A DNA stretch of 64,000 nucleotides from Cytophagales bacterium (lineage in GTDB: Bacteria; Bacteroidota; Bacteroidia; Cytophagales; 172606-1), in assembly GCA_030448185.1 (NCBI GenBank), contig JAUJNL010000002.1, forward strand, positions 26,925 to 90,924, given 5' to 3'. The position numbers and the translations under genes were made by a program. A model generated the notes under the pieces. It was not told the DNA's origin. It saw nothing but the letters and a program-made list of their open reading frames with translations, and did not search any database. Shown here one piece after another: positions 12,468 through 23,937 of the stretch (position 1 is the stretch's first letter; each line of letters starts with the position of its first letter).

Positions 12468-13127
12468 TTATTTTTTGGGCTCCTCGGCCTGCAGGGCAAT
12501 TACGCCGCAGCCTATTCTTTTGCCGGAGTCACCGGCCGGCTGGCTTTTGTAATCATCCGCTTTTTCGTGGATGACAATTGCCCGGTTTTCAATATTACGA
12601 GTAGTATCACTGCCCCCAATCGTCCATCCTTCAACCTCAATTTCCATCCGTCCGTTGCCGTCCTGGCCTACGGTCAGGTTGGGCAAGTCTCCCTGGTGGA
12701 ACTGCCCGGTTCCGCGCTTTCCGTGGGGTTGGCTGTTAGGGTTCCAGTGCGGACCCGCAGAACTGGCGTCAGTGGCCGAACAATCACCTTTTTGATGCAG
12801 GTGCACGCCGTGGGTGCCGGCCGGTACTCCATTTACACTAAGCACCATTTTAACCTTATTGTCACCGCTTGCCGTAAAGGTAACGGTACCCATCACTGAA
12901 CTGCCGCTGGCGCTGGCGATGGTAGCTACCGCCCGGGAGCCGCCACGCATGCCCGTTGGGGAATCACTGAGGGTACTATCTTCATTCCCGACTACCGTAA
13001 CGGTGTCGTTGCTGGCCATTACCGTATCAACGGAGCTATCGGTTTCAGTTGTTTTGCTGCTGTTGTTGCAGGAAGTGATCAGGGTAAGAAGCCCGAAAGT
13101 GCAGGCGTACAGATGTTTTTTATTCAT
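12468..13127 (-). CDS. sodC: Cu/Zn superoxide dismutase, lipoprotein-type signal
   Basis: 219 aa. A lipobox-like LLTLITSC, then GVHLHQKGDC, AGPHWNP, HQGDLPNL and AIVIHEKADDYKSQPAGDSGKRIGCGVI, which are typical SodC copper/zinc ligand motifs. Confidence 0.9.
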   Translation of the reverse strand: MNKKHLYACTFGLLTLITSCNNSSKTTETDSSVDTVMASNDTVTVVGNEDSTLSDSPTGMRGGSRAVATIASASGSSVMGTVTFTASGDNKVKMVLSVNGVPAGTHGVHLHQKGDCSATDASSAGPHWNPNSQPHGKRGTGQFHQGDLPNLTVGQDGNGRMEIEVEGWTIGGSDTTRNIENRAIVIHEKADDYKSQPAGDSGKRIGCGVIALQAEEPKK

Positions 13128-13324
13128 AATAGTAGTTATAAGTTGGAGATTTGGTTGGTATACGAAAGCAAAAACAGGCGGTTAGGAATTTCCGATAGCA
13201 AAACAAAAGGCGTTTTGTTTTCTGTTATTCCGGACCAAATTAGGAAATAAGCCGAATTATGCAAATAACTGAGCTCATTGGGCCGTACATAGATGAAACT
13301 ATTCACCATCAACACGTCAAACCT

Positions 13325-13867
13325 ATGAAAACGCTGCGTTTGTTTATCGCGTTGCCTTTACCGGCACCCTTACGGGATGAGTTGGCCGCCCTGTCGCTTG
13401 CAGCACCAGCTGAGGGCCTTCGCTGGACGAAGCCGGAAAACCTGCACGTTACCCTGCTTTTTCTGGGCAGTGTACCCGAATCCGAGGTGCCCGTTCTGAT
13501 TACGCGCCTGTCGGAGGTAAACGATATAGCGCCCTTTCTGCTTCAGTGCTCCTCAGTGAAGGCCATTTCCCGCCGGGGCAGTACTTCTATGCTCTGGGCG
13601 GCCTTTGAGCCATCTCCGTCTTTTACCAGATTAGCGGAAAAGGTGGCAGAAGCAACCCGGCATCCGCCTGACAAAGCACCCTTGCCTCATAGTACACTGG
13701 CCCGGGCCAAACGCGAATTCCGGGGTAAAATAGAAGATCGTCTTTTTCCCGGTATTAGTCACTTGTTGTTAGAAGTCACCTGCTTTGAACTCTGGGAGTC
13801 GCTGCTAAAGCCGCAGGGTGCCGACTACCATTGCCTGCACCGTTTTCGTCTTACTGACAAGCAGTAG
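13325..13867 (+). CDS. thpR: RNA 2',3'-cyclic phosphodiesterase (2H phosphoesterase, ThpR/LigT family)
   Basis: MKTLRLFIALPLP...NLHVTLLFLG and a second HSTLAR motif, giving two H-x-T/S-x motifs. The track ORF begins at 13259; I prefer the internal ATG at 13325. Confidence 0.75.
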   Translation: MKTLRLFIALPLPAPLRDELAALSLAAPAEGLRWTKPENLHVTLLFLGSVPESEVPVLITRLSEVNDIAPFLLQCSSVKAISRRGSTSMLWAAFEPSPSFTRLAEKVAEATRHPPDKAPLPHSTLARAKREFRGKIEDRLFPGISHLLLEVTCFELWESLLKPQGADYHCLHRFRLTDKQ

Positions 13868-14024
13868 CAGTAATCATTAGGCTTTAGATACCCCTCTCTT
13901 CTCGGAGGAAAAATACTGCCGCTGCCGCTTTACTTACCTCTTACTTCATTCTTCTTGTTTCCTGCCGCTGCTACTGCTACTTTTCAATGCTGCCACTTCT
14001 TCCGAACATCGGCAACCGAACATC

Positions 14025-15016
14025 TTACTTAACCAGTTCGAGTTCGGCCAACTGATTATTAATGAAGGTAATTTCCTCGGCGCTCAACTTCAGATTGGCC
14101 GCTGCTGCATTCTCTTCGGCCTGCGTGGGATTGCGGGCTCCTACCAGGGCGCAGGTAATACCAGGTTGCCGGATGGTCCACCCAATAACCAGTTGTGAAA
14201 GAGTAGCCTTCTTTTCCTGCGCCAGTGGTTTGATCTTTTCCAGAAAGGCATTAGTGCGCCGTACATTTTCAGGTTTGTACTGGCTGAGTCCAGCCCGGTG
14301 ATCACCTGCAGCAAACTCCTGGCCGGGCTTGATTTTGCCCGTCAGCAAGCCCCGCTGCAGCGGACTGTAAGCCAGTATTCCCATCTGATGCGCCTGGCAG
14401 TAGGGCACTACCTCTTTTTCAATGTCCCGCAGCACCATGCTGTAGGGCATTTGATTAGAAGCAATGGGTACCACCTTCCGGGCCGTTTCCATTTGCTCCA
14501 CCGAATAGTTGCTTACGCCAGCCGCCCTGATTTTGCCCTCCTTCAGGAGCTGGGCTACTGCTTCAAAAGTTTCTTCAATGGGCGTGGTAAGGTCGGGCCA
14601 GTGGATCTGATACAAGTCAATGTAGTCAGTACCCAGTCGCTGCAAGCTATCTTCGCACTCTTTAATCAGACTTTCTTTACGGGCCAATCGGTAAACTTTG
14701 ATAGGCTTGCCGTTTTCATCTTCCGTGGCAAACTGTAAATGACCTTCCGTAGTATCCCAGCGGAGGCCAAACTTAGTCAGCAACTGTACTTGCTGCCGGT
14801 TGCCCTAATTGCCTCCCCCACGATTTTTTCACTCAGGCCAAATCCGTAGATGGGGGCCGTATCAATGGTAGTGACACCTAAATCAACCGAACGGCGAATC
14901 GCCGCTACGGATTCCTGCTGATCGGTGCCACCCCACATCCATCCACCGGTGGCCCATGCCCCAAAGGCAATGGCTGAAAGCTGAAGATCACTGTTTCCTA
15001 ACTTGCGGTATTCCAT
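14025..15016 (-). CDS. Aldo/keto reductase, one frame break near 14790
   Basis: ORF 14777-15016 (MEYRKLGNSDLQLSAIAFGAWATGG...DTAPIYGFGLSEKIVGEAI) joins ORF 14025-14783 (...YIDLYQIHWPD...AAGVSNYS...). The junction reads ATTAGGGCAACC where ATTAGGGGCAACC would restore GEAIRGNRQQVQLLTKFGLRW. This is a G-run length change. Confidence 0.8.
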
Positions 15017-15252
15017 AAAAACGGTTGGTTAAATAGTGGTTTGAAAAGGAATCAATACAAAAACTGCCCGGTAATTCAGCAGAGCAGCCTCGAAAGGCGG
15101 AAAGCAGGCGGGCAAATCTACATAAACTTCAAAAAGACAACCTGCGGTTAATTTTGCATCAAAATTTGAAATTGCTAGTAAAAGTAAAAAACGGTTAAAA
15201 TTACAGTTAGTATTTTGCGTTGATTATCCGGTATCCTTCTAACCATTCGATT

Positions 15253-16848
15253 ATGACTGAAAAAAGGTTGTTATTGTTCGCTTTTTTTATAATTATTCCC
15301 ATTTTTATTTTCCGCGCCCAGGCTCAGGATCAACAGGGCGCCGCTACACCTACCAGTGATTCAACGATGCGGATAATCCTGCCGGAACAGCCCGGGTGGA
15401 ATGAACTGCCCGAAAATAAAAAAATTGATTTTACGCTTAGAACTGCCGGTGGCAGCAGTCAGACTGTAAAGTTTGCTATTGCGTCAGGCAAGATAGAGGG
15501 GATGAGTTTCGATTCCACGGGGCATTTTGCTTGGACGCCAGGGTATGATTTTGCGGATCGTTTGCAGACTAACCGTTCAATTCAAGTACTTTTCGAAGCC
15601 AAAAATGAGAAGAATGAAAGTGTGAGTAAGATGGTGGAATTTAAAGTTTCGCACGTCAACCGTCCTCCGGTAGTGGGCGAACTGAAACCCTTTTACCTGC
15701 AATACAATGCCCAGAACAGCTATCAGATTGATCAGAACATCGTGAAAGATGAAGATAATGATCCCATTGTGTTCATTCCTGTTACGGATGCCTTACCCGA
15801 AGGCGCCAAACTGTCTGCCCAGGGCGAACTGACCTGGAAACCTTCGCTTACCCAGTTTAACCAGCTTAAAAACAAACCCCTGTATATTGAGTTTTTCGTG
15901 GAGGACCAGCCGGCCAAAAGCCGCACCAAGGGTAAATTCAAGATTGAGGCTACCTCGCAGGATCTGGCTCCCCAACTGTCCGTAGTGCCCAAGGGCAACG
16001 TAGTCCGCTATCCGGAGAATGCTACCGTCAATCTGAAGTTTTACCTGATTGACCCGAATGGCGATGATGATATTGCCTCCTTTGGTTTTGTATCCGATAA
16101 TCCAGCAATCCCCAAAGCAGCCCTGGTGAAACATACGGTTAATAATTATGAATTTATCTGGTCGCCGGGCTATGAATTTGTCAAAGACCCGCAGGATTCC
16201 GTCTCGTTCAATGTCAGTTTTTACGTACTCGACAAGACGCAGAAGCGCGACGAGATGAAGCTTAAGTTCACGATCCTGAATGCCGTAAACGAAGGCGAAA
16301 AAGACCGTCAGCTTTACCTGCAGTACCGTACCGGGCTGGTCCGCGCCTTTGACCTGCTGGAGCAGCTGAAAGAAAAGGAATCCGATCTGAAGCACGATTA
16401 CCAGCGGGCCCGCAAGGGTAAAAAAGGCCGTTCGGTTATGAATGCCTCCCTGGGAGCTGTCTCGGGTATTGCTCCGGTTGCCATTCAGGAAGCAAAAACC
16501 GCCAAATTAGTATCCACCATCGGCGGCACTTCGGTAATGACGGTAGGTACGCTGGAAGCTACTGAGGTAATTGGCAAATCAATGAAGGATCTGGTAGAGC
16601 GGCTAAATTATGTAATGGACAAAAAGGCTGAGTTACAGATGCGTGGCGATATTTTTGCCCGTAAATATGCCTTACCCTCCTCCCGCCGCCGGTCTGAGTT
16701 CATCAAAGACTTGGAGGAGTTTATTGCCCTGATGAACCTGAAAGGACTGGTTGCCCTGGAGCTGAACGCAGGCTGGGAAAACAAGGCAAAAGCCACTGAT
16801 GCGCAGCTAAAAAAGACCTTTAAGGATTATAATCCGGAAGAAGGTTGA
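15253..16848 (+). CDS. Hypothetical secreted protein with Ig/cadherin-like repeats and a C-terminal coiled-coil/hydrophobic region
   Basis: Intact ORF. Signal-like MTEKRLLLFAFFIIIPIFIFRAQAQ. Acidic repeats of the type VKDEDNDPIVF and IDPNGDDDIASF with the pattern W.P...F. The family assignment is uncertain. Confidence 0.55.
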   Translation: MTEKRLLLFAFFIIIPIFIFRAQAQDQQGAATPTSDSTMRIILPEQPGWNELPENKKIDFTLRTAGGSSQTVKFAIASGKIEGMSFDSTGHFAWTPGYDFADRLQTNRSIQVLFEAKNEKNESVSKMVEFKVSHVNRPPVVGELKPFYLQYNAQNSYQIDQNIVKDEDNDPIVFIPVTDALPEGAKLSAQGELTWKPSLTQFNQLKNKPLYIEFFVEDQPAKSRTKGKFKIEATSQDLAPQLSVVPKGNVVRYPENATVNLKFYLIDPNGDDDIASFGFVSDNPAIPKAALVKHTVNNYEFIWSPGYEFVKDPQDSVSFNVSFYVLDKTQKRDEMKLKFTILNAVNEGEKDRQLYLQYRTGLVRAFDLLEQLKEKESDLKHDYQRARKGKKGRSVMNASLGAVSGIAPVAIQEAKTAKLVSTIGGTSVMTVGTLEATEVIGKSMKDLVERLNYVMDKKAELQMRGDIFARKYALPSSRRRSEFIKDLEEFIALMNLKGLVALELNAGWENKAKATDAQLKKTFKDYNPEEG

Positions 16849-16896
16849 TCCGAAAGACAGCCATTTTGAGCACGCGGGACGAGCAGTTCCGCGTTT

Positions 16897-17097
16897 TTAT
16901 ATCCATTGCATCACTTCGGATGTGTCTAACCATCCGCTCTGCCGGATCAAATCCCGGCAACGAACCTGCACGTCCCCTTTCCGGATCTGATAACGGTACT
17001 TTGGAATCCAAACGATCTGCACGTGCAACTGATGGACACTATGACTACGGTATCGATTCCGGCTCATAGCCCAAAGATACCGCCAGATGTGTCGCAA
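16897..17097 (-). mobile_element. N-terminal remnant of an IS200/IS605-family (Y1) transposase TnpA
   Basis: The translation MSRNRYRSHSVHQLHVQIVWIPKYRYQIRKGDVQVRCRDLIRQ matches the conserved TnpA N-terminus (H..h.YHhVW.pKYR...L). The frame stops after about 56 aa. The whole intergenic gap (16849-17164) is too short for a 150-aa TnpA, and no HUH/DHVH part is seen. Confidence 0.55.
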
Positions 17098-17164
17098 CTA
17101 AAGTCTTGCACTAAATTGCATGGTTTTACACCAGCCGACTTTAAAAATAAAAAAAGGGAAGTAA

Positions 17165-19188
17165 TTACTTCCCTTTTTCTACTCTTGATTGTCTTACGAG
17201 TGGTTCACTGACCACCGGCTTTCTCCGGATAGAGTCGGTTTTTTCTTTCTTCAATGAATCAGCATCAGGAGCAACTGCTTTCCCGTCTTTTGAGTTCTTG
17301 GACTTTTCATCTTTCTTTTCTCCCTCTTTCTTCAGTTCTTCTTTATCCATTGTACGTGCTGGCCAGAAGCTTTGCTCCCTCATGTACTTTTCCAGCGCCA
17401 GCCGCTGCTTTGATAATGTTGAATCAGGACGCAGGTACTTCTCCATAATCAGAGAAGCAATCGGAGCCGCTACCACTCCGCCAAAGCCGGCATTTTCTAC
17501 GTAACAGGCAATGGCAATTTTGGGGTTGTGCTTGGGAGCGAAAGCAATGAATGCCGAGTGGTCTTTGCCTTTTTTATTTTGAGAAGTACCGGTTTTGCCG
17601 CACACAATAATATCTGGTATTCGGGCTAAGCCTGCGGTACCTGCTCTTACCACATCTTCCATGGCATCAATTACTACCGCAAATTTGCTGCTGTCTACGC
17701 CAACATAGTTTGGAGTCGTATATTTGGGGTCAATCTTGCCATTTTTACCAATCCCTTTTATCAAATGAGGGGTTATATACCAGCCCCGGTTAGCGATAAT
17801 GGCCGCCAGATTGGCCATTTGTAAAGGCACTACTCCTAACTCACCTTCGCCGATAGCCATAGAGTACCAGTTAGAGAACTTCCAGCTACCTTTGCCGTAA
17901 ACTTTGTTAAAGTAGGCTGTATCAGGCACAAAACCGCCTTTTTCGTTGGGAAGGTCAAGCCCCAGCCTACGTCCAAACCCAAACCTGCCGATTGCTTCCC
18001 GCCAGCGCATCAGTCCTTTTTCTGAATCTTTGTACGTATTTCCGGTTTCGTTATGATAAATGTACTGCCGGAATGCCTGGTAAAAATACACGTTGCAAGA
18101 GTACTGAATCGCATTATGTAAGCCATTATGGTTGCTTGAGTGGTGATGACAACCCATAGGTCCCACATCAGGCAGACGGGCAGTAGGGTCAGCGAACCTT
18201 GTTGCAGATCAACCAGCGACTGTACCAGTTTAAATATGGAACCCGGACGGTATACAGCCTGAATAGGCCGGTTGTACAACGGAATATATGGGTCGCTGCA
18301 GCGGCACGAAATTTTTCATCATGTCGCGTCCCGTCAGCAAGCCAGGATCATAGGAAGGAGCTGACACCATGCAAAGAATCTCACCAGTCTGAGGTTCAAT
18401 GGCTACGATGCTGCCAATCTTGTTTTGCATCAAAGATTCAGCATATTTCTGCAATTCCAGATCAATGCTAGCAATTAAAGGCTCGCCAGGTACGGATAAT
18501 GTATCAAACTCACCGTTTTTAAATGATCCTTTAACCACGCCTTTTACGTTTTCTAGTACGTATCTCACCCCACGGCGTCCCCGCAACAACTCTTCGTATT
18601 TGGATTCCAGACCGCTAACCCCGACGTAGTCACCCTGATTATAGTAAGGATCTTTCTGCGCTTCTAACTGCTTTTTGCTGATTTCACCGATGTATCCCAG
18701 CCCATTAGCAAGTGACGCATGGGGATACGAACGGATGGTACGGGCAGTGTAGAAAAATCCGGGATAGTCAATTAGTTTGTCCTGAATCCGCAAAATCAAC
18801 GTTAGAGACTTGTTTAAACAGCGTATAGGGTTTGGAAGCGGAGGCTCGTCCGATTTTACGGTCCTTCCGGTATTCCATCATCAGCGTATCCAGGGTGCCT
18901 TTGGTAATGCCCATATCGCGGCAAAAAGGCTAATGTATCGACAATCTTAGTTTTTTTTTTCGGGATGAAAGAAATATCATAAACCGGACCGTTTATTACC
19001 ACTAGTCTATCTTTTCGGTCTAAAATTCGTCTACGGTGAGGATAGTCAACAACTCGTTTGATTACGTTGTTGTCGGCGGCGTATTTGTAATTGTCATCAA
19101 TCACCTGCAGATAAAATAGCCTAAGCAGGAAAACCAAGCCTACTGCTATGAATATGCCCTGGATGACGTATTTTTTTTCCTCTTGCAT
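17165..19188 (-). CDS. mrdA: Penicillin-binding protein 2 (peptidoglycan D,D-transpeptidase), frame broken at least 3 times
   Basis: Fragments 18856-19233 (TM segment IQGIFIAVGLVFLLRLFYLQVID), 18230-18799, 18010-18279 (PGSIFK, the SxxK motif) and 17165-18166 (SCN, the SxN motif; KTGTS, the KTG motif). It lies directly downstream of mreD. Confidence 0.85.
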
Positions 19189-19416
19189 GGATAACGTACA
19201 GGTAGTAGTAAGGGGTATTTGGAGAAATATCAAGAGATACTTTTATCCCGTATTTAGTAACCTGACGAGGCTTAGTAAAAGCTTCGTCTTTAGTAAATAT
19301 AACTCAAATTAATGAAAATTAGTTGCTCGCAATTTGTCTTTATAGTACCTTGTAATATCTGGGGCAAATTTCAAAAAAGACATTGCCGAGAAAAGAACTG
19401 CTTACTTTAAAAAAAG

Positions 19417-19917
19417 CTACTTCTTAAAATATTGCAATATAATAATCAAAGATCCGGTAAATAAGGTGCTGGCAAGTGCTTTCAGGATTGAACTCCACAG
19501 TAGCCCCCAATTACTGGCCTCAATCAGAAACAACGCCAGATGGTGAATAAAAAATCAATAGCAAGGCGTAGATGATAAACCAATCAGCCCCCATGGTTCT
19601 CAGTGAAATCCGAACCGTACCTTCGTATCCGCCCCGGGCGTAATCGTTTTCATTACCAAAGGCCTCAGAAAGGCAATTAACACGCAGGCGGCGGCGTGGA
19701 CGCCAAAACGTATCATAAAACGTGTCTACCAGCAGACCCGTGCCCAATGCGATAAATAGCAGCAACACCGGACTGGTTTCGTAGGGAAGAAGCAGCAAAA
19801 AGCTACGTAAACGAAACAGAAAGCCGTGTCAAACAGCACAAAGTTGCGCACCAGCACCAGCTGGGCCACCAAAAAAATAAAATTCAGAACCTGAATGATA
19901 CTATCTCTACTGTTCAT
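19417..19917 (-). CDS. mreD: Rod shape-determining protein MreD, frame broken
   Basis: Hydrophobic fragments 19726-19917 and 19520-19798, plus a hand-translated tail ...ALFLIEASNWGLLWSSILKALASTLFTGSLIIILQYFKK-stop ending at 19417. Its position between mreC and mrdA supports the call. Confidence 0.65.
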
Positions 19918-20752
19918 CGGGCTGCGGTGGGATGGAAGCCTTTTCCAGCGAGTCTTGTTCCAATTCCAGTTTATTCAGTACTACGTACACAAACTGAAGC
20001 TGATTGAACTTCGTGGAAAGGTTGAGGTCAATTTCGTAAAATGTTTCGGCGCCTTTATACCGGTAATCCTTTACCGTTCCTACCATCACGCCTTGGGGAT
20101 ATATAGTGTTATAACCTGAAGTGACTACGGTATCTCCTTTCTTCAGCTCAATGTGGCGGGGCGTACATCAAATCAATCTCCGATGGTTTTCCGCCATCCC
20201 ACTTAGCGGTACCAATGCTGCCGTTTTTCTTCAACTGGGAAGAAATTTGCATATCGGTATTAAGCAGGGAAAACACCGTCGAAAAATGCTCGGAACAACT
20301 CTTGATCTTCCCAACCACTCCTTCCGGACAGATTATGCCCATACCAGGTTTTCCAGTCCATCTGCACTACCTTTATCAATAGTTAGGTGATTGTGGGTGT
20401 AGCGGGTCGTATTATTCACCACCCGTGGCCGCACAAACTCAAAGCGCTTGGTCAGGGCTGAATCCAGACTATATCCCGCGGGGCCTGTGGCTTACTCAGG
20501 TTAAGCTGGGTGTACAATGCTCTCAGATTGGCATTTTCCCGCAAGTTGTTCATTTACCTCTTTCAATCCAACATAATCCTTTATCGACCGGGAAGTTTGC
20601 ATTACCCGGGCTGCGTAATGATTGGACGAATTAAAGAAGGCCGCGCCCTGGTACGTATTGTTCTTCACAATCAGCCAGCCGCATAATACTTCAAGGAGTA
20701 TAAAGAGTAAAAATGCCCGGTAGTTGTATAGAAACTGTAATAAACCCTGCAT
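19907..20752 (-). CDS. mreC: Rod shape-determining protein MreC, frame broken
   Basis: The likely start is MQGLLQFLYNYRAFLLFILLEVLCGWLIV (ATG at 20752). Fragments 20501-20815, 20148-20342 and 19907-20089 are in different frames. It lies between mreB and mreD. Confidence 0.7.
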
Positions 20753-20761
20753 GATTAGGAA

Positions 20762-20843
20762 GAGTGATTGAGTGAGTGAGTGACTAAGTGGCTGAGTTAG
20801 CAGATGCATTATCACTCAGTCACTCAGTTACTCAATCACTCAT
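20762..20843. repeat. Low-complexity imperfect hairpin (GAGTGA-type arms) filling the mreB-mreC intergenic gap
   Basis: Left arm GAGTGATTGAGTGAGTGAGTGACTAAGTGGCTGAGT. Right arm CACTCAGTCACTCAGTTACTCAATCACTCAT. The mreB stop is at 20851 and the mreC ATG at 20752. Confidence 0.8.
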
Positions 20844-20850
20844 TCGCTTG

Positions 20851-21874
20851 CTACGACATTAATACTGCCCGAAACGATTTAATATTCTTTAGGGCAATGC
20901 CGGTACCTTTCACTACGGCCCGTAAGGGATCATCGGCTACGTGGATCGCCAGTTTGGTTTTAGCTGCCAGACGTTTGTCCAGGCCGCGCAACAGAGCGCC
21001 TCCGCCAGTCAGGTGAATCCCATTGGTATAGATGTCAGCCGACAGCTCGGGAGGAGACATTTCGAGGGCTTTCAGTACGGCTTCCTCAATCTTGGAAACC
21101 GATTTATCTAAAGCGTAGGCAATTTCAGAATAAGAAACCTTAATGGTTTTCGGGATGCCGGTCATCAGATCACGGCCGCGGATTTCGTAGTCGCCGGAGG
21201 GACTTCGAGTTCAGTCAGGGCCGAGCCTACTTCAATCTTTACTTTTTCGGCCGAACGTTCCCCGATCAGCAGGTTGTGCTGACGGCGCATGTAGTCCAGA
21301 ATGTCTTTGTGAATACGTCACCCGCTACCCGGATAGACTGTTCACATACAATCCCAGAGAGCGCAATTACAGCAATTTCAGTCGTGCCCCCTCCGATATC
21401 CACGATCATGGAACCAACGGGCTGTTCGATGTCAATGCCGATCCCGATGGCAGCGGCAATGGGTTCGTAGACCATGTATACTTCCTTCGCGCCGGCGTGT
21501 TCGGCAGAGTCCTTAACGGCCCGTTTTTCTACTTCGGTAATGCCGGAAGGAATACAAATCACCATGCGGTGAGAAGGTGTAAAGGCTTACTGCCCGTATC
21601 GATCATCTTGATCATCCCGCGGATCATCTGTTCAGCGGCGGTAAAGTCGGCAATTACACCGTCTTTCAGCGGACGGATCGTCTTGATGTTTTCGTGGGTT
21701 TTTTCGTGCATCTGCATGGCCTCTTTGCCGATAGCCAGTACCCGTCCGTTGGTCTTGTCAATGGCAATAATGGAAAGGCTCATCCACTACAATCTTGTCT
21801 TTGTGGCTGATGAGGGTGTTGGCCGTACCCAGATCAATAGCAATGTCGCTGGTAAGAAAATTTAGCAATCCCAT
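20851..21874 (-). CDS. mreB: Rod shape-determining protein MreB (actin-like), frame broken at least 3 times
   Basis: Hand-translated start [32 protein letters not shown] (ATG at 21874). Fragments 21559-21783, 21266-21565 ([18 protein letters not shown]) and 20851-21165 ([16 protein letters not shown]). One break I checked is a C-run change, CCTCCGGCGAC where CCTCCCGGCGAC is expected. Confidence 0.9.
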
Positions 21875-22251
21875 GGGAGAATATCGTTGCGTTCTTGGTG
21901 GTGGAACGTTTATGAATCGAAGTTACTACTTTATTATCGCAAAATATTGTCGCAAATGTAATGACTGAAAAATCGTTCTCGCAATTGAAATGAAATTAAT
22001 TGTGAATAAAACTTCAACTTCAAAACTTTCTTATATGGTTTTCGCCACTTCTGGCTAAAAAGTCGCTTACATTTAAAATGGGAAGGGAAAAATAAAAGCG
22101 TTTCAAATCGTCTCTACAATCGTTGTACAGCCAAATCGCCCACTCTCTGCTTTTTTTTACTAGCCAGAGAAGTGGTCGATTAGAGATGTTATCAGGGAAG
22201 GTGACTTAAACAACTATTTCTCACATCATCAATAAATGCGCGGAATTTGCA

Positions 22252-23779
22252 CTAATGTTCAAAATGGCGGATTCCGGTGAAGACCATCGACATTTCGTTC
22301 GCATTACAGCAGTCGTTAATGGATTCCTGATCTTTGACTGATCCGCCGGGCTGTACAACGGAGGCTACACCTACCCTTTGGCAATCTCTCCACGCAATCG
22401 GGGAAGGGGAAAGGCATCCGAAGCCATGATCGATCCTTGCAGATCAAAACCAAACGATTTCGCCTTTTTCAATCGCTGCTTCAGGGCATCTACCCGGGGA
22501 CGTCTGCCCAACGCCGCTAGCCAGCAACTGCCCTCTTTCTGCCAGTACAATGGTATTAGACTCTGGTGTGCCCGGCAATCTTAGCGGCAAAAACCAGGCC
22601 CGTTTTTGGCTTCAGACGGGGCTTTTTCGGTGACCGTGCGCAGGTCGGCAATTGTCTCCGTATGGGTATCTTTGTCCTGCCGGATCACCCCGTTCAGCAG
22701 GGTTTTTACCAGCATTTCCGGCAGGCTACGTCTTTCCGCTTCAGCAGAATCCGGTTCTTTCTGGACTTCAGCAGGCTGAGGGCTTCCTCCTGGTAGGAGG
22801 GAGCAATCAGTACTTCGAAGAAAAGTTTATTGAGTTCTTGGGCCGTAGCCAGATCTACCTCTTGATTCGTCACAATTACCCCGCCAAAGGCCGAAACCGG
22901 GTCAGCGGCCAGGGCATTGAGATACGCTTCTTTGGGATCTTTTCCGGTGGCTACCCCGCAAGCGTTGGTGTGCTTAATAATGGCAAATGCCGTATCTCCG
23001 CCAAACTCATCAATCAGCATCACTGCCGCATCCACGTCTACCAAATTATTATAAGATAGTTCCTTGCCGTTCAGCTGCTCAAACATGGCATCCAGGTCAC
23101 CGTGGAACCAGCCTTTCTGATGAGGATTTTCCCCATACCGCAGTTGACGACCGGCCGGAAGGCTCATCTTCAGGGAAGGTATTTCGTTATCTGAATTGAA
23201 ATAATTGAAGATGGCCGAATCATAATGGGAGGTTACGCTGAAGGCATGGGCCGCAAAACGTTTCCGGTCTTCCAGGTCAGTAAAGCCGCCTTTCTCCTGT
23301 AATACTTTTTCCAGGTCACCATACTGATTCTGTGAAGCCACTACCACCACATTGCGGAAGTTTTTGGCTGCCGCCCGAATCAGCGAAATACCACCAATAT
23401 CAATTTTTTCGATGATATCTTCTTCAGAGGCACCGGAGGCAACCGTTGTCTCAAAAGGGTATAAGTCTACGAGTACCAGATCAATAAAGGGAATTTCAAA
23501 ATCTTTGACCTGCGTATTGTCTTCAGGGTCTTCCCGACGGAACAGGATGCCGCCGAAAATTTTGGGGTGCAGCGTCTTCACGCGGCCACCCAGAATTGAA
23601 GGATAACCGGTAACCGTTTCAACGGCAGTAACTGGGATATTCAGCCCGGCAATAAAAGATTGCGTGCCGCCGGTAGAATACAATTGAACGCCTTGCTGGT
23701 GCAGCAGCCGGACAATGGGTTCCAGCCCGTCCTTGTGGTAAACTGAAAGGAGGGCTGAGTGAATTTTGGTAGTGGACAT
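22252..23779 (-). CDS. purH: Bifunctional AICAR formyltransferase / IMP cyclohydrolase, C-terminal third frame-broken
   Basis: ORF 22706-23779 starts [43 protein letters not shown]. The hand-translated end is ...[33 protein letters not shown]-stop at 22252, which is the typical PurH C-terminus. Confidence 0.9.
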
Positions 23780-23937
23780 AGGGGAATGATGGAATTACAG
23801 AGGGACTGAATTGTCTGAATCAGGATTTGCAGAATTAGTAAAGTAGCAATCCTGTTAATCTCTTAATCTGCGTAATCCCGGTTCAGACAATTGAAGGCGC
23901 AAAACTACTCGATAGTTAGCAAGGCTCAAACCTTTAC

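Noticed and set aside
12567-13185. Plus-strand ORFs 12567-12899, 12571-12795 and 12814-13185
   Set aside because: They are antisense to the well-supported sodC gene and have no motifs.
20753-20815. Track-suggested longer mreC start (MIMHLLTQPLSHSLTQSLFLI...)
   Set aside because: The extension is the translation of the GAGTGA/TCACTC hairpin. The ATG at 20752, followed by a typical MreC N-terminal TM segment, is preferred.
17165-23779. Reading mrdA, mreD, mreC, mreB and purH as true pseudogenes (genome decay)
   Set aside because: These are essential or near-essential genes. The breaks I resolved here are single-base homopolymer length changes, and break-dense blocks alternate with blocks of long intact genes. 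A sequence-quality artefact is the simpler explanation. It remains testable with reads.
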